64,000 nucleotides of DNA, taken from positions 717 to 64,716 of the forward strand of contig JABIDS010000013.1 in assembly GCA_018651605.1 (NCBI GenBank), in the 5' to 3' direction. The notes beneath the pieces are model-generated. The model did no database searches, was not told the origin of the DNA, and was given only the letters and a program-made list of their open reading frames with translations. This stretch comes from an archaeon. GTDB taxonomy: Archaea; Nanobdellota; Nanobdellia; Pacearchaeales; GW2011-AR1. The translations under genes were made by a program, and so were the position numbers. This document shows positions 44,087 to 52,091 of this stretch, piece by piece. The first letter of the stretch is position 1; every line of letters begins with the position of its first letter.

Positions 44087-44515
44087 ATGAAGAAAGCTCA
44101 AGGGCAGATTATTACGACTATATTGATAATTTTGTTGATACTTGCTGTTATTGTTATTATCTGGCAGGTTGTGAATAGGACTGTTAGGACGGGTTCTGAG
44201 GAGATTTCATTACATGCTGATTGTACAGGTATAAATTTAGAGATTGAAAGTGTTTATGCTGATGGGAGTGTGACTATAAGGAGAAAAACTGGAGGTCCTG
44301 AGAAGGTTGCTGTTTATGCTGTTCCTACTGGTGGAACTAGGAAGGATGGTCTTAAGGTTGCAGGTATTAAAGAATTAGAGGTTGATACTGTTGCATTAGT
44401 AGATTCTGAAGTAAATGTTGAAACTGAAGTTAAGGTTGGTGCTAAGTTGATAGGTGGTGATGAAACTTTATGTTTTCCAGTTAGTGTTAAAAAAGCTGTC
44501 GCAGTGCCTGCATAA
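44087..44515 (+). CDS. archaeal type IV pilin-like protein, paralog 2
   Basis: MKKAQGQIITTILIILLILAVIVIIWQVVNRTV; Cys pair DCTG...LCFP. Confidence 0.7.
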   Translation: MKKAQGQIITTILIILLILAVIVIIWQVVNRTVRTGSEEISLHADCTGINLEIESVYADGSVTIRRKTGGPEKVAVYAVPTGGTRKDGLKVAGIKELEVDTVALVDSEVNVETEVKVGAKLIGGDETLCFPVSVKKAVAVPA

Positions 44516-44550
44516 TTTTTTATTTTTATTTTTTTCTTATTTTCTCTTAT
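44516..44550 (+). terminator. poly-T terminator tract
   Basis: tttttatttttatttttttcttattttctcttat after the stop. Confidence 0.45.
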
Positions 44551-44568
44551 TTCTATTTATGGGAAATA

Positions 44569-44578
44569 TTTATATATT
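44569..44578 (+). promoter_or_regulatory. TATA-like box of pilin gene 3
   Basis: gggaaataTTTATATATTgatttatcc, with AGGAGG at 44611-44616. Confidence 0.45.
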
Positions 44579-44624
44579 GATTTATCCTTTATAATAAAAA
44601 GGAATGTGAAAGGAGGATTATAAT

Positions 44625-45077
44625 ATGATTAAAATGAAGAAAGCTCAAGGACAGATTATTACAACTATATTGATAATTTTGTTGGTTCTTGCGGCGGTTG
44701 TTATTATATGGAGTGTTGTTTCTAATACTGTTCAAAGAGGTTCTGATGAAATTGCGTCCCAAACTGATTGTATTGGGATAAATTTAGAAGTTCTTAAGGC
44801 AGATTCTAATGGTAATGATGTTGATGTTACAAGAAAATTAGGTGGTGGAAGTGATGACTTGAAAAATATTAAGATTTTAGTGGATAGTAAGGCTGTGAAT
44901 CATGATTGTGAAGGTACTGCTAGTAATAATAATTGTACTTTAGGTCTTTTTGAGACTAAGACCTATAATATTAATGGTGCAGATCCTTTGACTACGGCAA
45001 ATCAATTAGTTGAAGTTTTTGCAGAATTGAGTGATGGAACTTTTTGTGAAGCATCAGCTTCTATAGAATCAATTTAA
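44625..45077 (+). CDS. archaeal type IV pilin-like protein, paralog 3
   Basis: MIKMKKAQGQIITTILIILLVLAAVVIIW. SD spacing favours the ATG at 44625, while homology favours 44634. Confidence 0.7.
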   Translation: MIKMKKAQGQIITTILIILLVLAAVVIIWSVVSNTVQRGSDEIASQTDCIGINLEVLKADSNGNDVDVTRKLGGGSDDLKNIKILVDSKAVNHDCEGTASNNNCTLGLFETKTYNINGADPLTTANQLVEVFAELSDGTFCEASASIESI

Positions 45078-45115
45078 TTTTTTATTTTTTTTATTTTTTT
45101 TTTATTAATTTTTTC
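45078..45115 (+). terminator. poly-T terminator tract
   Basis: ttttttattttttttattttttttttattaatttttt after the stop. Confidence 0.45.
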
Positions 45116-45170
45116 AAAGGATTTATAAACTTTGAATTTGTTTATAGTAATATTAAAGATGGTGAGTGAT

Positions 45171-45581
45171 ATGAAAAAAAAAGCGCAGGGGCAGATGATT
45201 ACTATAGTATTGATTATACTTTTAATTCTTGCAGCGATTGTTGTTATTTGGGTGGTTATTGGTAATTCTGTTAGAAAGAGTTCTAGTGAGGTAACTGATG
45301 CAAGTAAATGTTTTGGAATTACTTTGACGATTCAGAAAGCTGTTCAAGGAGTTATTAATAATGTTATTATTGAGAGAGGTGTTGGTGGGCCTGAGATGGT
45401 TGGAATTTATTTATTGCCTGAAAATGGAAATGCAATTTATAGTAGTGGATATGATGTTAAAGAATTAGACTCTAGAGGGTTTGATGTAGATAGTCTTCAA
45501 GATGGCGAGGATATTAAAGTGGGTGCGAGATTAGGTGATGGAACTTTGTGTTTTCCTATGGCTGTTAAGAAAGTTGGTTGA
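45171..45581 (+). CDS. archaeal type IV pilin-like protein, paralog 4
   Basis: MKKKAQGQMITIVLIILLILAAIVVIWVV; Cys pair KCFG...LCFP. TATA-like atttataaac at 45121-45130. The track start at 45132 is TTG. Confidence 0.65.
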   Translation: MKKKAQGQMITIVLIILLILAAIVVIWVVIGNSVRKSSSEVTDASKCFGITLTIQKAVQGVINNVIIERGVGGPEMVGIYLLPENGNAIYSSGYDVKELDSRGFDVDSLQDGEDIKVGARLGDGTLCFPMAVKKVG

Positions 45582-45585
45582 TTTT

Positions 45586-47046
45586 TTATAATTTTTTCCC
45601 CATATAAACTTTATTTTTATCTAATTTATATTTTAGTTTTTTGTAGTATTCTCTGACTCCAACTCCTGAGATTATTTGTAGGTTTTTGATGTTGTGTTTT
45701 TTTGTTATTTGTTCGGCTTCGTGGATTAATTGTTTTCCTAAACCTGTGTGTTGTCCAAGGTGTTTTGGTTTTTGTCCTATGGAGAGAGATTGTCCGTAGA
45801 CATGGATTTCTCTTATGATTGCCTTACTATTTGTTTCAGCATTATCAATCCCAATAACCCCTCCCACCCGCCCGTTGTTGGGATAATACTGAAACTTATC
45901 TTTCTGATTTGTTATTCTTAATCTAAGAAGTGCGAAAAGAATGTTTTGGTTGTTTGTTATTTCTAGAAAGTATTCTGTTCCATTTTGTGCTTGGTATTTT
46001 GTTGTTTTGAGTTTTAGTTTTGGATTTATTTTTTGGTTTTTTTGAAGGTCTCTAATATGGAAACCTATTTCTCTGAATCTTATTTCGTTTATTTTTGTTT
46101 TTGATTGTTTTAGGTTTTGTTCTATGTCTCTTCTTAAGTCTATTCTTGTTGTTCCTGCTGTTAGAAATTCTGGAGGAATTTCTCTCATTACTCTCATTAC
46201 TCTGCAATAATTTGGAATTATTTTCATTATTTGGATTATTAATTCTTGGATTTGTTCTTTTGAGTAAGGTTTGTATTTTTGTTTTTTGTGGGTTTTTTCT
46301 AATTGACTTCCTTTGATTACTTGACAAGGATAGATTTTTAATTGGTCTGGTTTGAAGTCTTGATTTTTGAAAAGTGTTTCAAAGGTTTGTAAATCTTTTT
46401 TTGGATTGCTTTTTGGTAAGCCGAGCATCATGTGATAGCCGATTTTGAATCCTGCGTTTTTTAGTTGATGTGTGGCTTGGATTACGTCTTCAACTGTGTG
46501 TCCTCTGTTTACTGCTTTGTATATTTTATTGTCTAGACATTGAACGCCTAGTTCTACTCTTGTGCATCCGTAGTTTAGGATTTTTTGAATTGATTTTTGG
46601 TTTATTGAATCTGGACGAGTTTCTATGCAAAGTGCAACGCATCTGTGTTTTGCTTTTTGGTTTAGTTTTTTTGCTTGTTCTAATGTTTTGGATTGTTTTT
46701 TATTTAATGCGTCGTAGATTTGTTTTATGAAATTGTTTTGATATTTTGTTGGGAAGTTTAGGAAGTCTCCTCCCATGATTATTATTTCTATTTTTTCTGT
46801 TGGATGGTTCATTAAGTTGAATGCTTTTAATCTTGATTTTACTTGTTCTTCTGCGTTGTATTTTAGGATTTCTGCTCTTAGAACTGGCGGAGATTTTGGA
46901 GTATATGATTGTGGAACGTTTAATGATGGGCAGTAGGTGCATGTTCCGTGTTTGCATTTTTTTGGTTTGCACATTACTGCGATTGGTGTGACGCCTGCTA
47001 AGGTTTTTGATGGTTTACGTATTTCTCCTTGTTGTGGGATTTTCAT
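45586..47046 (-). CDS. elp3: Elp3-family radical-SAM / GNAT tRNA U34 carboxymethyl-transferase homolog
   Basis: N-terminal VTPIAVMCKPKKCKHGTCTYCPS, a radical-SAM TIM-barrel region, and a C-terminal GNAT block IREIHVYGQ...HTGLGKQLIHEAE...ISGVGVREYYKKLKY. Confidence 0.85.
   Translation of the reverse strand: MKIPQQGEIRKPSKTLAGVTPIAVMCKPKKCKHGTCTYCPSLNVPQSYTPKSPPVLRAEILKYNAEEQVKSRLKAFNLMNHPTEKIEIIIMGGDFLNFPTKYQNNFIKQIYDALNKKQSKTLEQAKKLNQKAKHRCVALCIETRPDSINQKSIQKILNYGCTRVELGVQCLDNKIYKAVNRGHTVEDVIQATHQLKNAGFKIGYHMMLGLPKSNPKKDLQTFETLFKNQDFKPDQLKIYPCQVIKGSQLEKTHKKQKYKPYSKEQIQELIIQIMKIIPNYCRVMRVMREIPPEFLTAGTTRIDLRRDIEQNLKQSKTKINEIRFREIGFHIRDLQKNQKINPKLKLKTTKYQAQNGTEYFLEITNNQNILFALLRLRITNQKDKFQYYPNNGRVGGVIGIDNAETNSKAIIREIHVYGQSLSIGQKPKHLGQHTGLGKQLIHEAEQITKKHNIKNLQIISGVGVREYYKKLKYKLDKNKVYMGKKL
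45833..45895 (-). repeat. in-frame palindromic G-tract element (diverged copy) inside elp3
   Basis: + strand: gtttcagcattatcaatcccaataacccctcccacccgcccgttgttgggataatactgaaac. It has 14-bp terminal inverted repeats (1 mismatch) and is 63 nt = 21 codons. It encodes QYYPNNGRVGGVIGIDNAE. Confidence 0.75.
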
Positions 47047-47083
47047 GTTATTATAGTATTTTAATCTTTTAGATTAAATGTGT

Positions 47084-47111
47084 TATTTGCTTTAACTTTG
47101 TTAAAGTTATT
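47084..47111. promoter_or_regulatory. 28-nt palindrome-containing motif in the divergent promoter region (copy 1)
   Basis: tatttgctttaactttgttaaagttatt, compared with 50074-50101 tatttgctttgactttgtcaaagttatt. Confidence 0.55.
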
Positions 47112-47163
47112 ATATATAATCAAGGATATAAATAGTTTATAAGGTTTGGTTTTTAGTGTGAAT

Positions 47164-47607
47164 ATGATAATGAAACCAGAAGCAAAGGTTATTCGTCCAG
47201 GAGTTGGATTGGCAGGGTTAATTCTTAATGGGGATAAGATTTTAATGGGCTTGAGAAAGGGGAGTCATGGTTCTGGGGCTTGGGCTCCACCAGGAGGGCA
47301 TTTAGAAATGTTTGAAGATTTTGATTATTCTTTGATGAGAGAGATTGATGAAGAGACTGGATTGGTTGGGAAAAGTTTGAAGTTGTTGGATTATAATCCT
47401 TGTGTTGTTACTAATGATTTTTTTGAAGAAGATAATAAACATTATGTTACTTTATTTTTTAAATTGCAGTATTTGTCTGGGATGCCTAAAGTAAGGGAAC
47501 CTGATAAATGTGAGGAATGGAGATGGTGTTATTGGGATGATTTGCCTTCTCCTTTGTTTAAGTCTATTGAGAATTTGAAAGAGATGGATTATAATCCTTT
47601 TAGATAA
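47164..47607 (+). CDS. NUDIX hydrolase
   Basis: Nudix box GGHLEMFEDFDYSLMREIDEETGL (Gx5Ex7REUxEExGU). The track start at 47146 is TTG. The ATG at 47164 fits a leaderless start about 25 nt after tttataagg. Confidence 0.85.
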   Translation: MIMKPEAKVIRPGVGLAGLILNGDKILMGLRKGSHGSGAWAPPGGHLEMFEDFDYSLMREIDEETGLVGKSLKLLDYNPCVVTNDFFEEDNKHYVTLFFKLQYLSGMPKVREPDKCEEWRWCYWDDLPSPLFKSIENLKEMDYNPFR

Positions 47608-47637
47608 TGTTTTAAGTGTGGATTTCTTGGATTTTTT

Positions 47638-48342
47638 ATGACAATACCAATTAAAATAATAAGTGAGAAGGATTTTGAGGATGTAGCTGGGCAAGAGGAT
47701 GTTTGGGATAGTATTGCGGTGCCTTGGGGGAAGTATGTTGTGAAAAAAATTCCTGTTGTTGAGGAGTTTCTTTCTGGGAAGAAAGGGAAGGTTGTTGATT
47801 TGGGTTGTGGTAGTGGGAGAAATATTATTGCTTCAGAGGGTTTGAAATATTGGTGTGTTGATTTTTCTTCTGGGCAATTGATGCATGCGAGGAGTTATGC
47901 TGAGGATGAAGGAATTGATGCTAAATTTTTTAAGATGAGTGTTGATAAGTTGAGTAAGAAAGAGTTTAAGAATGAGATGTTTGATTATGGTTTGTTTATT
48001 GCGACGTTGCATTGTGTTGGGAGTAAGGAGGGTAGGCTTAGGGCTTTGAAAGAGTTTTATAGAGTGTTGAAAAAGGGTGGTGAGGGATTGATTAGTGTTT
48101 GGAATAGTTCTGATAAGAGATTTGATTTTGTGGGTAATCATGGAGGAATTTATATGTCTTGGAGGGAGGATGGTGTGAGTTATATGAGGTATTATTATTT
48201 ATATTCTGAGGAGGAGTTGTTGGGGTTGCTTCGCGAGGTGGGGTTTGAGATTAAAGAGGTTTATGGTGGTGAGGGGGTTTCTGGTGGGGGTGAGAGGGAT
48301 AGGTTTATGAAGAAGAATTTGGTGGTTAGAGTTAGAAAGTGA
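47638..48342 (+). CDS. class I SAM-dependent methyltransferase
   Basis: Motif I VVDLGCGSGRN; post-I acidic residue (CVDFS); motif II/III region GLFIATLHCV...LKKGGEGLISV. Confidence 0.8.
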   Translation: MTIPIKIISEKDFEDVAGQEDVWDSIAVPWGKYVVKKIPVVEEFLSGKKGKVVDLGCGSGRNIIASEGLKYWCVDFSSGQLMHARSYAEDEGIDAKFFKMSVDKLSKKEFKNEMFDYGLFIATLHCVGSKEGRLRALKEFYRVLKKGGEGLISVWNSSDKRFDFVGNHGGIYMSWREDGVSYMRYYYLYSEEELLGLLREVGFEIKEVYGGEGVSGGGERDRFMKKNLVVRVRK

Positions 48343-48388
48343 TTATTGATTAGATATATTTATAAACTTTGATTTTTGGATTTTTATT

Positions 48389-48670
48389 ATGGTAGAAAGA
48401 ATGTTTGATAGTTATGATGATCCAGAAAAAGCTAGAAGAATCTTTAGAGAATATGTTTCAGATAAAGAATTAATTTCAGAAAAGGGTATGCTTTATCTTT
48501 TTGAAGCAATAATTGAAAATAATGTAGCAGACGATTTAGATATTGTTTTGGATAGAATTTTAACTGGGCATGCTTCTACTCATGTTGGTAGTGGTTCTCC
48601 TAACTCTGTTAGGGATTCTTATAGGGGTTCATGGTCTAATTGTGTAAGGGCTTTAGAAGAACGTCATTAA
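48389..48670 (+). CDS. hypothetical protein
   Basis: 93-aa ORF with TATA-like atttataaac 29 nt upstream (leaderless geometry). Confidence 0.5.
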   Translation: MVERMFDSYDDPEKARRIFREYVSDKELISEKGMLYLFEAIIENNVADDLDIVLDRILTGHASTHVGSGSPNSVRDSYRGSWSNCVRALEERH

Positions 48671-50068
48671 TCATTGCAACAACCTAATAAATTGTTCCCA
48701 TTCGTATCTTAATTTTTTTAGGGTTGATGTGCTTTTGTAGATGTTGTAGTCTGTAGTGTAAATTCTATTTTGATTGTTGTAGATTTTATTGAAATAATCA
48801 TTTGTTTGTTTTGTTATTGAGGAGTTGTTTGGTGATGTGATTTTTATGTCTGATTGTAAGTTGTAAAGTCTTATGTTGTTGTTTGCGATGTTTGTTGAAC
48901 CTGTTAGAATGGTTGTATGGGTTTGATTGGTTATTGTTATGAGTTTTGTGTGGAATTGTTCTCCGTGAGATTTATACCAACGAATGTTTATTTTGTTGTT
49001 TGATTCTTTGAGGAGTTTTTCTGCGACTGGTTTGTTTGGTATTCCAAATTTTTGTTGTGAAAAGAAAAAGTCGTTTGTATCTAAGATTATGTTTATGTTT
49101 GCTCCTCTTTTTGATGCTTGGATTAATTGGTTGGTTGTTTTTTTGTCTGATAAAGTGAACATTGCTATGTTTATTGTATGTTCTTGGTTTGTTTTTGATA
49201 GTTCTTTTTTTAGTGAGTGCATTAGTCCGTTGTCGGCTAGGTATTGGACTTTTATTGGTTTATTTTCCCCTTCTCCTTCGGCATTATCAATCCCTATTAA
49301 CCCACCCATCCCACCCTTAATTGGGATAATGCCTTCATCCCCTCCAACAGGCTCTTGAAAGTTGTCTATAAAACTTTGAATTTGTTGATTGTTAATGTTT
49401 GCATCTTTTATTTCTAGGTTGTAAACATCTTGCCAGATTTTTTCTTTGATTAATATTGCAGTGTTTGAGTTTGGACTGCTCTGATCGTGAGGGTTTGCTG
49501 ATGTGATTAGGGTGTGGATTTGATTGTTGTTATCTGCGATTATGAATTTTCTATGGTTTAGTCTTTTTTTTGCTTTTTTGAGGAGATAGTTTGTTATTGG
49601 ATTTTTATTTATGGGGGTGTAGATTATGTTTATGTTGTTTTGTTCTAGTTGGTTTATGAATGGTTTGTTGTATGGTTTGTTTATTATGTTGAATTTGTCT
49701 GTTATGAAGTAGATAGGCATGTTTGGATTTGATTGTTTTTTGTTTATTAGTTGGGTTGTTAATTCTTGGGTTAGGTTTTTTAGGTGTGGTTCTTTTGTTG
49801 TTCCGAATAAGAACATGTTTATTATTATGAAGTTTTCTGCGTTTTGGATTATATTGTAGGTTTTGTTGAAGATTTCTTGGTTGTATTGGATGTTTTGGTT
49901 TTTATCTTCATAGGTTAAGTCTGAAAGGAATTGGATTGAATCTTCTGAGATTTGGTGGGTTGGACTTATGATGGTTCTTCCTTTTGGTAGTGAGATGTAG
50001 TAGATTAAAATTAGGATTATTAAGAGGGAGATTATGGTTAGGAGGATTTTTATAGTTCTCTTTTTCAT
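48671..50068 (-). CDS. phospholipase D / cardiolipin-synthase-family protein (two HKD motifs) with an N-terminal TM anchor
   Basis: HRKFIIAD...TSAN and HTKLITIT...GSTN; TM helix IKILLTIISLLIILILIYYI. Confidence 0.8.
   Translation of the reverse strand: MKKRTIKILLTIISLLIILILIYYISLPKGRTIISPTHQISEDSIQFLSDLTYEDKNQNIQYNQEIFNKTYNIIQNAENFIIINMFLFGTTKEPHLKNLTQELTTQLINKKQSNPNMPIYFITDKFNIINKPYNKPFINQLEQNNINIIYTPINKNPITNYLLKKAKKRLNHRKFIIADNNNQIHTLITSANPHDQSSPNSNTAILIKEKIWQDVYNLEIKDANINNQQIQSFIDNFQEPVGGDEGIIPIKGGMGGLIGIDNAEGEGENKPIKVQYLADNGLMHSLKKELSKTNQEHTINIAMFTLSDKKTTNQLIQASKRGANINIILDTNDFFFSQQKFGIPNKPVAEKLLKESNNKINIRWYKSHGEQFHTKLITITNQTHTTILTGSTNIANNNIRLYNLQSDIKITSPNNSSITKQTNDYFNKIYNNQNRIYTTDYNIYKSTSTLKKLRYEWEQFIRLLQ
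49280..49333 (-). repeat. in-frame palindromic G-tract element inside the PLD-family gene, between the two HKD halves
   Basis: + strand: ggcattatcaatccctattaacccacccatcccacccttaattgggataatgcc. It is 54 nt = 18 codons and encodes GIIPIKGGMGGLIGIDNA. It is 53/54 identical to 53029-53082. Confidence 0.85.
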
Positions 50069-50073
50069 TTTTG

Positions 50074-50101
50074 TATTTGCTTTGACTTTGTCAAAGTTAT
50101 T
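50074..50101. promoter_or_regulatory. 28-nt palindrome-containing motif in the divergent promoter region (copy 2)
   Basis: tatttgctttgactttgtcaaagttatt, 6 nt upstream of the PLD start codon. Confidence 0.55.
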
Positions 50102-50188
50102 TTATAGAGGGTTTTAAGGTATATAAGTTTTGGTTTGGATATGTTTGAGGATAATTATCTTTATATATGTTGAAGGGTTTGGTTTTTT

Positions 50189-50575
50189 ATGAATGGGTTT
50201 AATTTAAAATTAAGTGCAGGACAAGTAGATAGGACTGTTTTTAATTTAAAGGAAAAAGTTAATTCTAAGGGTAATCTTGAGGAGTATTTTTATTCTATGA
50301 AAGTTCTTGGAGAAGATCCTGTTAAGTTGGATTTTGCATTGTATTTGGAAGAGAGTGGTTGTGAAGATTGTATGATGGAAATTATGGATTATATTGAAGT
50401 TAGGGATGAGGGGAGAGATTCTCGAGATAAGAGTGAGTTTTTTAGGGAATTGAGAGAAAAATATGTTGGCGCTATGCCGAATGTGTCTGGTGGGAAGGTT
50501 GTTTATGGAGTTAGAGGTAAGAGGGGATTGAGTTTTAAGATTAGTGATATGGTGAGTGGTAGGGAAGAGGTTTAG
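50189..50575 (+). CDS. hypothetical protein
   Basis: 128-aa ORF with no recognisable motif. Confidence 0.45.
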   Translation: MNGFNLKLSAGQVDRTVFNLKEKVNSKGNLEEYFYSMKVLGEDPVKLDFALYLEESGCEDCMMEIMDYIEVRDEGRDSRDKSEFFRELREKYVGAMPNVSGGKVVYGVRGKRGLSFKISDMVSGREEV

Positions 50576-50738
50576 TTTTTTAAGAATAGTAAGATTTATA
50601 AGTGTATATTTCTCTGAGAGATTATGAAAGCGAAAATAACTGGGAGTTATCCCCATCATACGAATTAGAGATTTTTCTAGCTTAGCTTTCAATAAAAACA
50701 CAAACTTTTTAATACTTAATTTAACTAAATTAATATAT

Positions 50739-50810
50739 GGCGATTGTAGTTTAATGGCAGAACGTACGGTTGTGGTCCGTAAAACGAGAGTCCGATTCTC
50801 TCCTTTCGCT
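50739..50810 (+). tRNA. tRNA-His (anticodon GTG) with encoded G-1
   Basis: Manual fold. G-1 + acceptor gcgattg/ctttcgc (two central U-U mismatches). D stem gttt/gaac. Anticodon stem tacgg/ccgta with loop ttGTGgt. T arm gagag-tccgatt-ctctc. Discriminator t. Confidence 0.65.
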
Positions 50811-50832
50811 TTTGGTAAAATGAGGTATTAAA

Positions 50833-51993
50833 ATGAAAACAGAAAATGCAAAGGGATTTAAAGATGCTGAGAATGCGTTGAAGAAAATTCAGATAAGAAA
50901 TATAATCGAGCAGACGTTTCAATTGTATAATTTTATTCCAGTTGAAACTCCTATAATAGAATATGAAGAATTTGTAAAGGGAGAGAATCCTAATGATGAG
51001 GCTGTTTCAGATATTTTTAAGTTGAAGGATAAGGGTAAGAGGGATTTGGCTTTAAGATATGAGTTTACTTTTCAGTTGAAAAGATTGGCTAAAAATAAAA
51101 AGCTTCCTTATAAGAGATATCAGATAGGTCCTGTATTTAGGGATGAGCCTGTAACTGGAAATAGGTGGAGGCAATTTACTCAATGTGATATAGATGTAGT
51201 TGGGGCAAGTGTTAAAGATGAGGCAGAAATTTTGAGGGCAACTTCAGATATTTTGAAGAAATTGAAGATTGATTTTGTGATTAATATTAATAATAGGAAA
51301 TTGTTGAATGAGATTTTGGAAGAGTTGAAGATTTCTGAGAAAAATAAGTTGCAAGTAATTAATGAGATAGATAAGTTGGATAAGCTTTCTGAATCTGAGG
51401 TGAAAAGGAATTTGAAGAAGTATGGGGCTGAGAAACTTTTGGCTGTTTTTAAGAAGCCTGAGTCTTATTTTAAGAAGTATGAATCTTATGCGGATGTGAA
51501 GGAGTTGAAGAAGTTTTGTTTGTATTATGGGATAAAGGTTAATTTTCAGGCTTTTTTGGCGAGGGGTTTGTCTTATTATAATGGTTCTATTTTTGAAATT
51601 AAATCTAAGAATTTGAAAGAGACTATAATTGCTGGTGGTTCGTATATGGTGAATAATGTTCAGGCGACTGGGATTTCTTTGGGTTTGGAGAGATTGGAGC
51701 TTTTGGCTAATGTTTCTATGAATTATAAAAAGGTTTTAATTATTTCCTTGAATCAGGATAAGATTGCTGTTGGTGTTGCGGATAGTGTTCGTGAGTTAGG
51801 TATTCCTGTTCAGATTTTGTTTGGTAAAGTTGGAAAGGCTCTTGAGTATGCTAATTCTTTGGATATGCCTTTAGTTGTTTTTATTGGTGAAGAGGAAGTT
51901 AAGAAGGGGAAGGTTAAGTTGAAGAATATGAATAGTGGTAAGGAGAAGTTTGTTTTAATGTCTAAGTTGGGGAAGGAGTTGGAGGGATTGTAG
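50833..51993 (+). CDS. hisS: histidyl-tRNA synthetase
   Basis: GFKD...IRNIIEQTFQLYNFIPVETPIIEYEE, FKLKDKGKRDLALRYEFTFQLKR, YQIGPVFRDEPVTGNRWRQFTQCDIDVVG (class II motif 2), GGSY (motif 3 region), and a C-terminal anticodon-binding fold. Confidence 0.88.
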   Translation: MKTENAKGFKDAENALKKIQIRNIIEQTFQLYNFIPVETPIIEYEEFVKGENPNDEAVSDIFKLKDKGKRDLALRYEFTFQLKRLAKNKKLPYKRYQIGPVFRDEPVTGNRWRQFTQCDIDVVGASVKDEAEILRATSDILKKLKIDFVININNRKLLNEILEELKISEKNKLQVINEIDKLDKLSESEVKRNLKKYGAEKLLAVFKKPESYFKKYESYADVKELKKFCLYYGIKVNFQAFLARGLSYYNGSIFEIKSKNLKETIIAGGSYMVNNVQATGISLGLERLELLANVSMNYKKVLIISLNQDKIAVGVADSVRELGIPVQILFGKVGKALEYANSLDMPLVVFIGEEEVKKGKVKLKNMNSGKEKFVLMSKLGKELEGL

Positions 51994-52091
51994 TTGTGGG
52001 TGTTGGTGTAGGTTTGGTTGGTGGGTGTTGTGGGTTCTCGCGACTGGACAAGTCCAAGTCGCTTCACCTTGCAGTCTTGAAATCTTTTTAG

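Noticed and set aside
49280-49333. Interpreting the in-frame palindromic elements as archaeal bulge-helix-bulge mRNA introns or mini-inteins.
   Set aside because: The fold has a single 4-nt bulge rather than two 3-nt bulges separated by 4 bp. The lengths are exact codon multiples without stops, so translation through is the simpler reading. At 18-21 aa they are far too short for an intein and lack Cys/Ser/Thr...HN splice residues. RNA-level excision is not formally excluded without transcript data.
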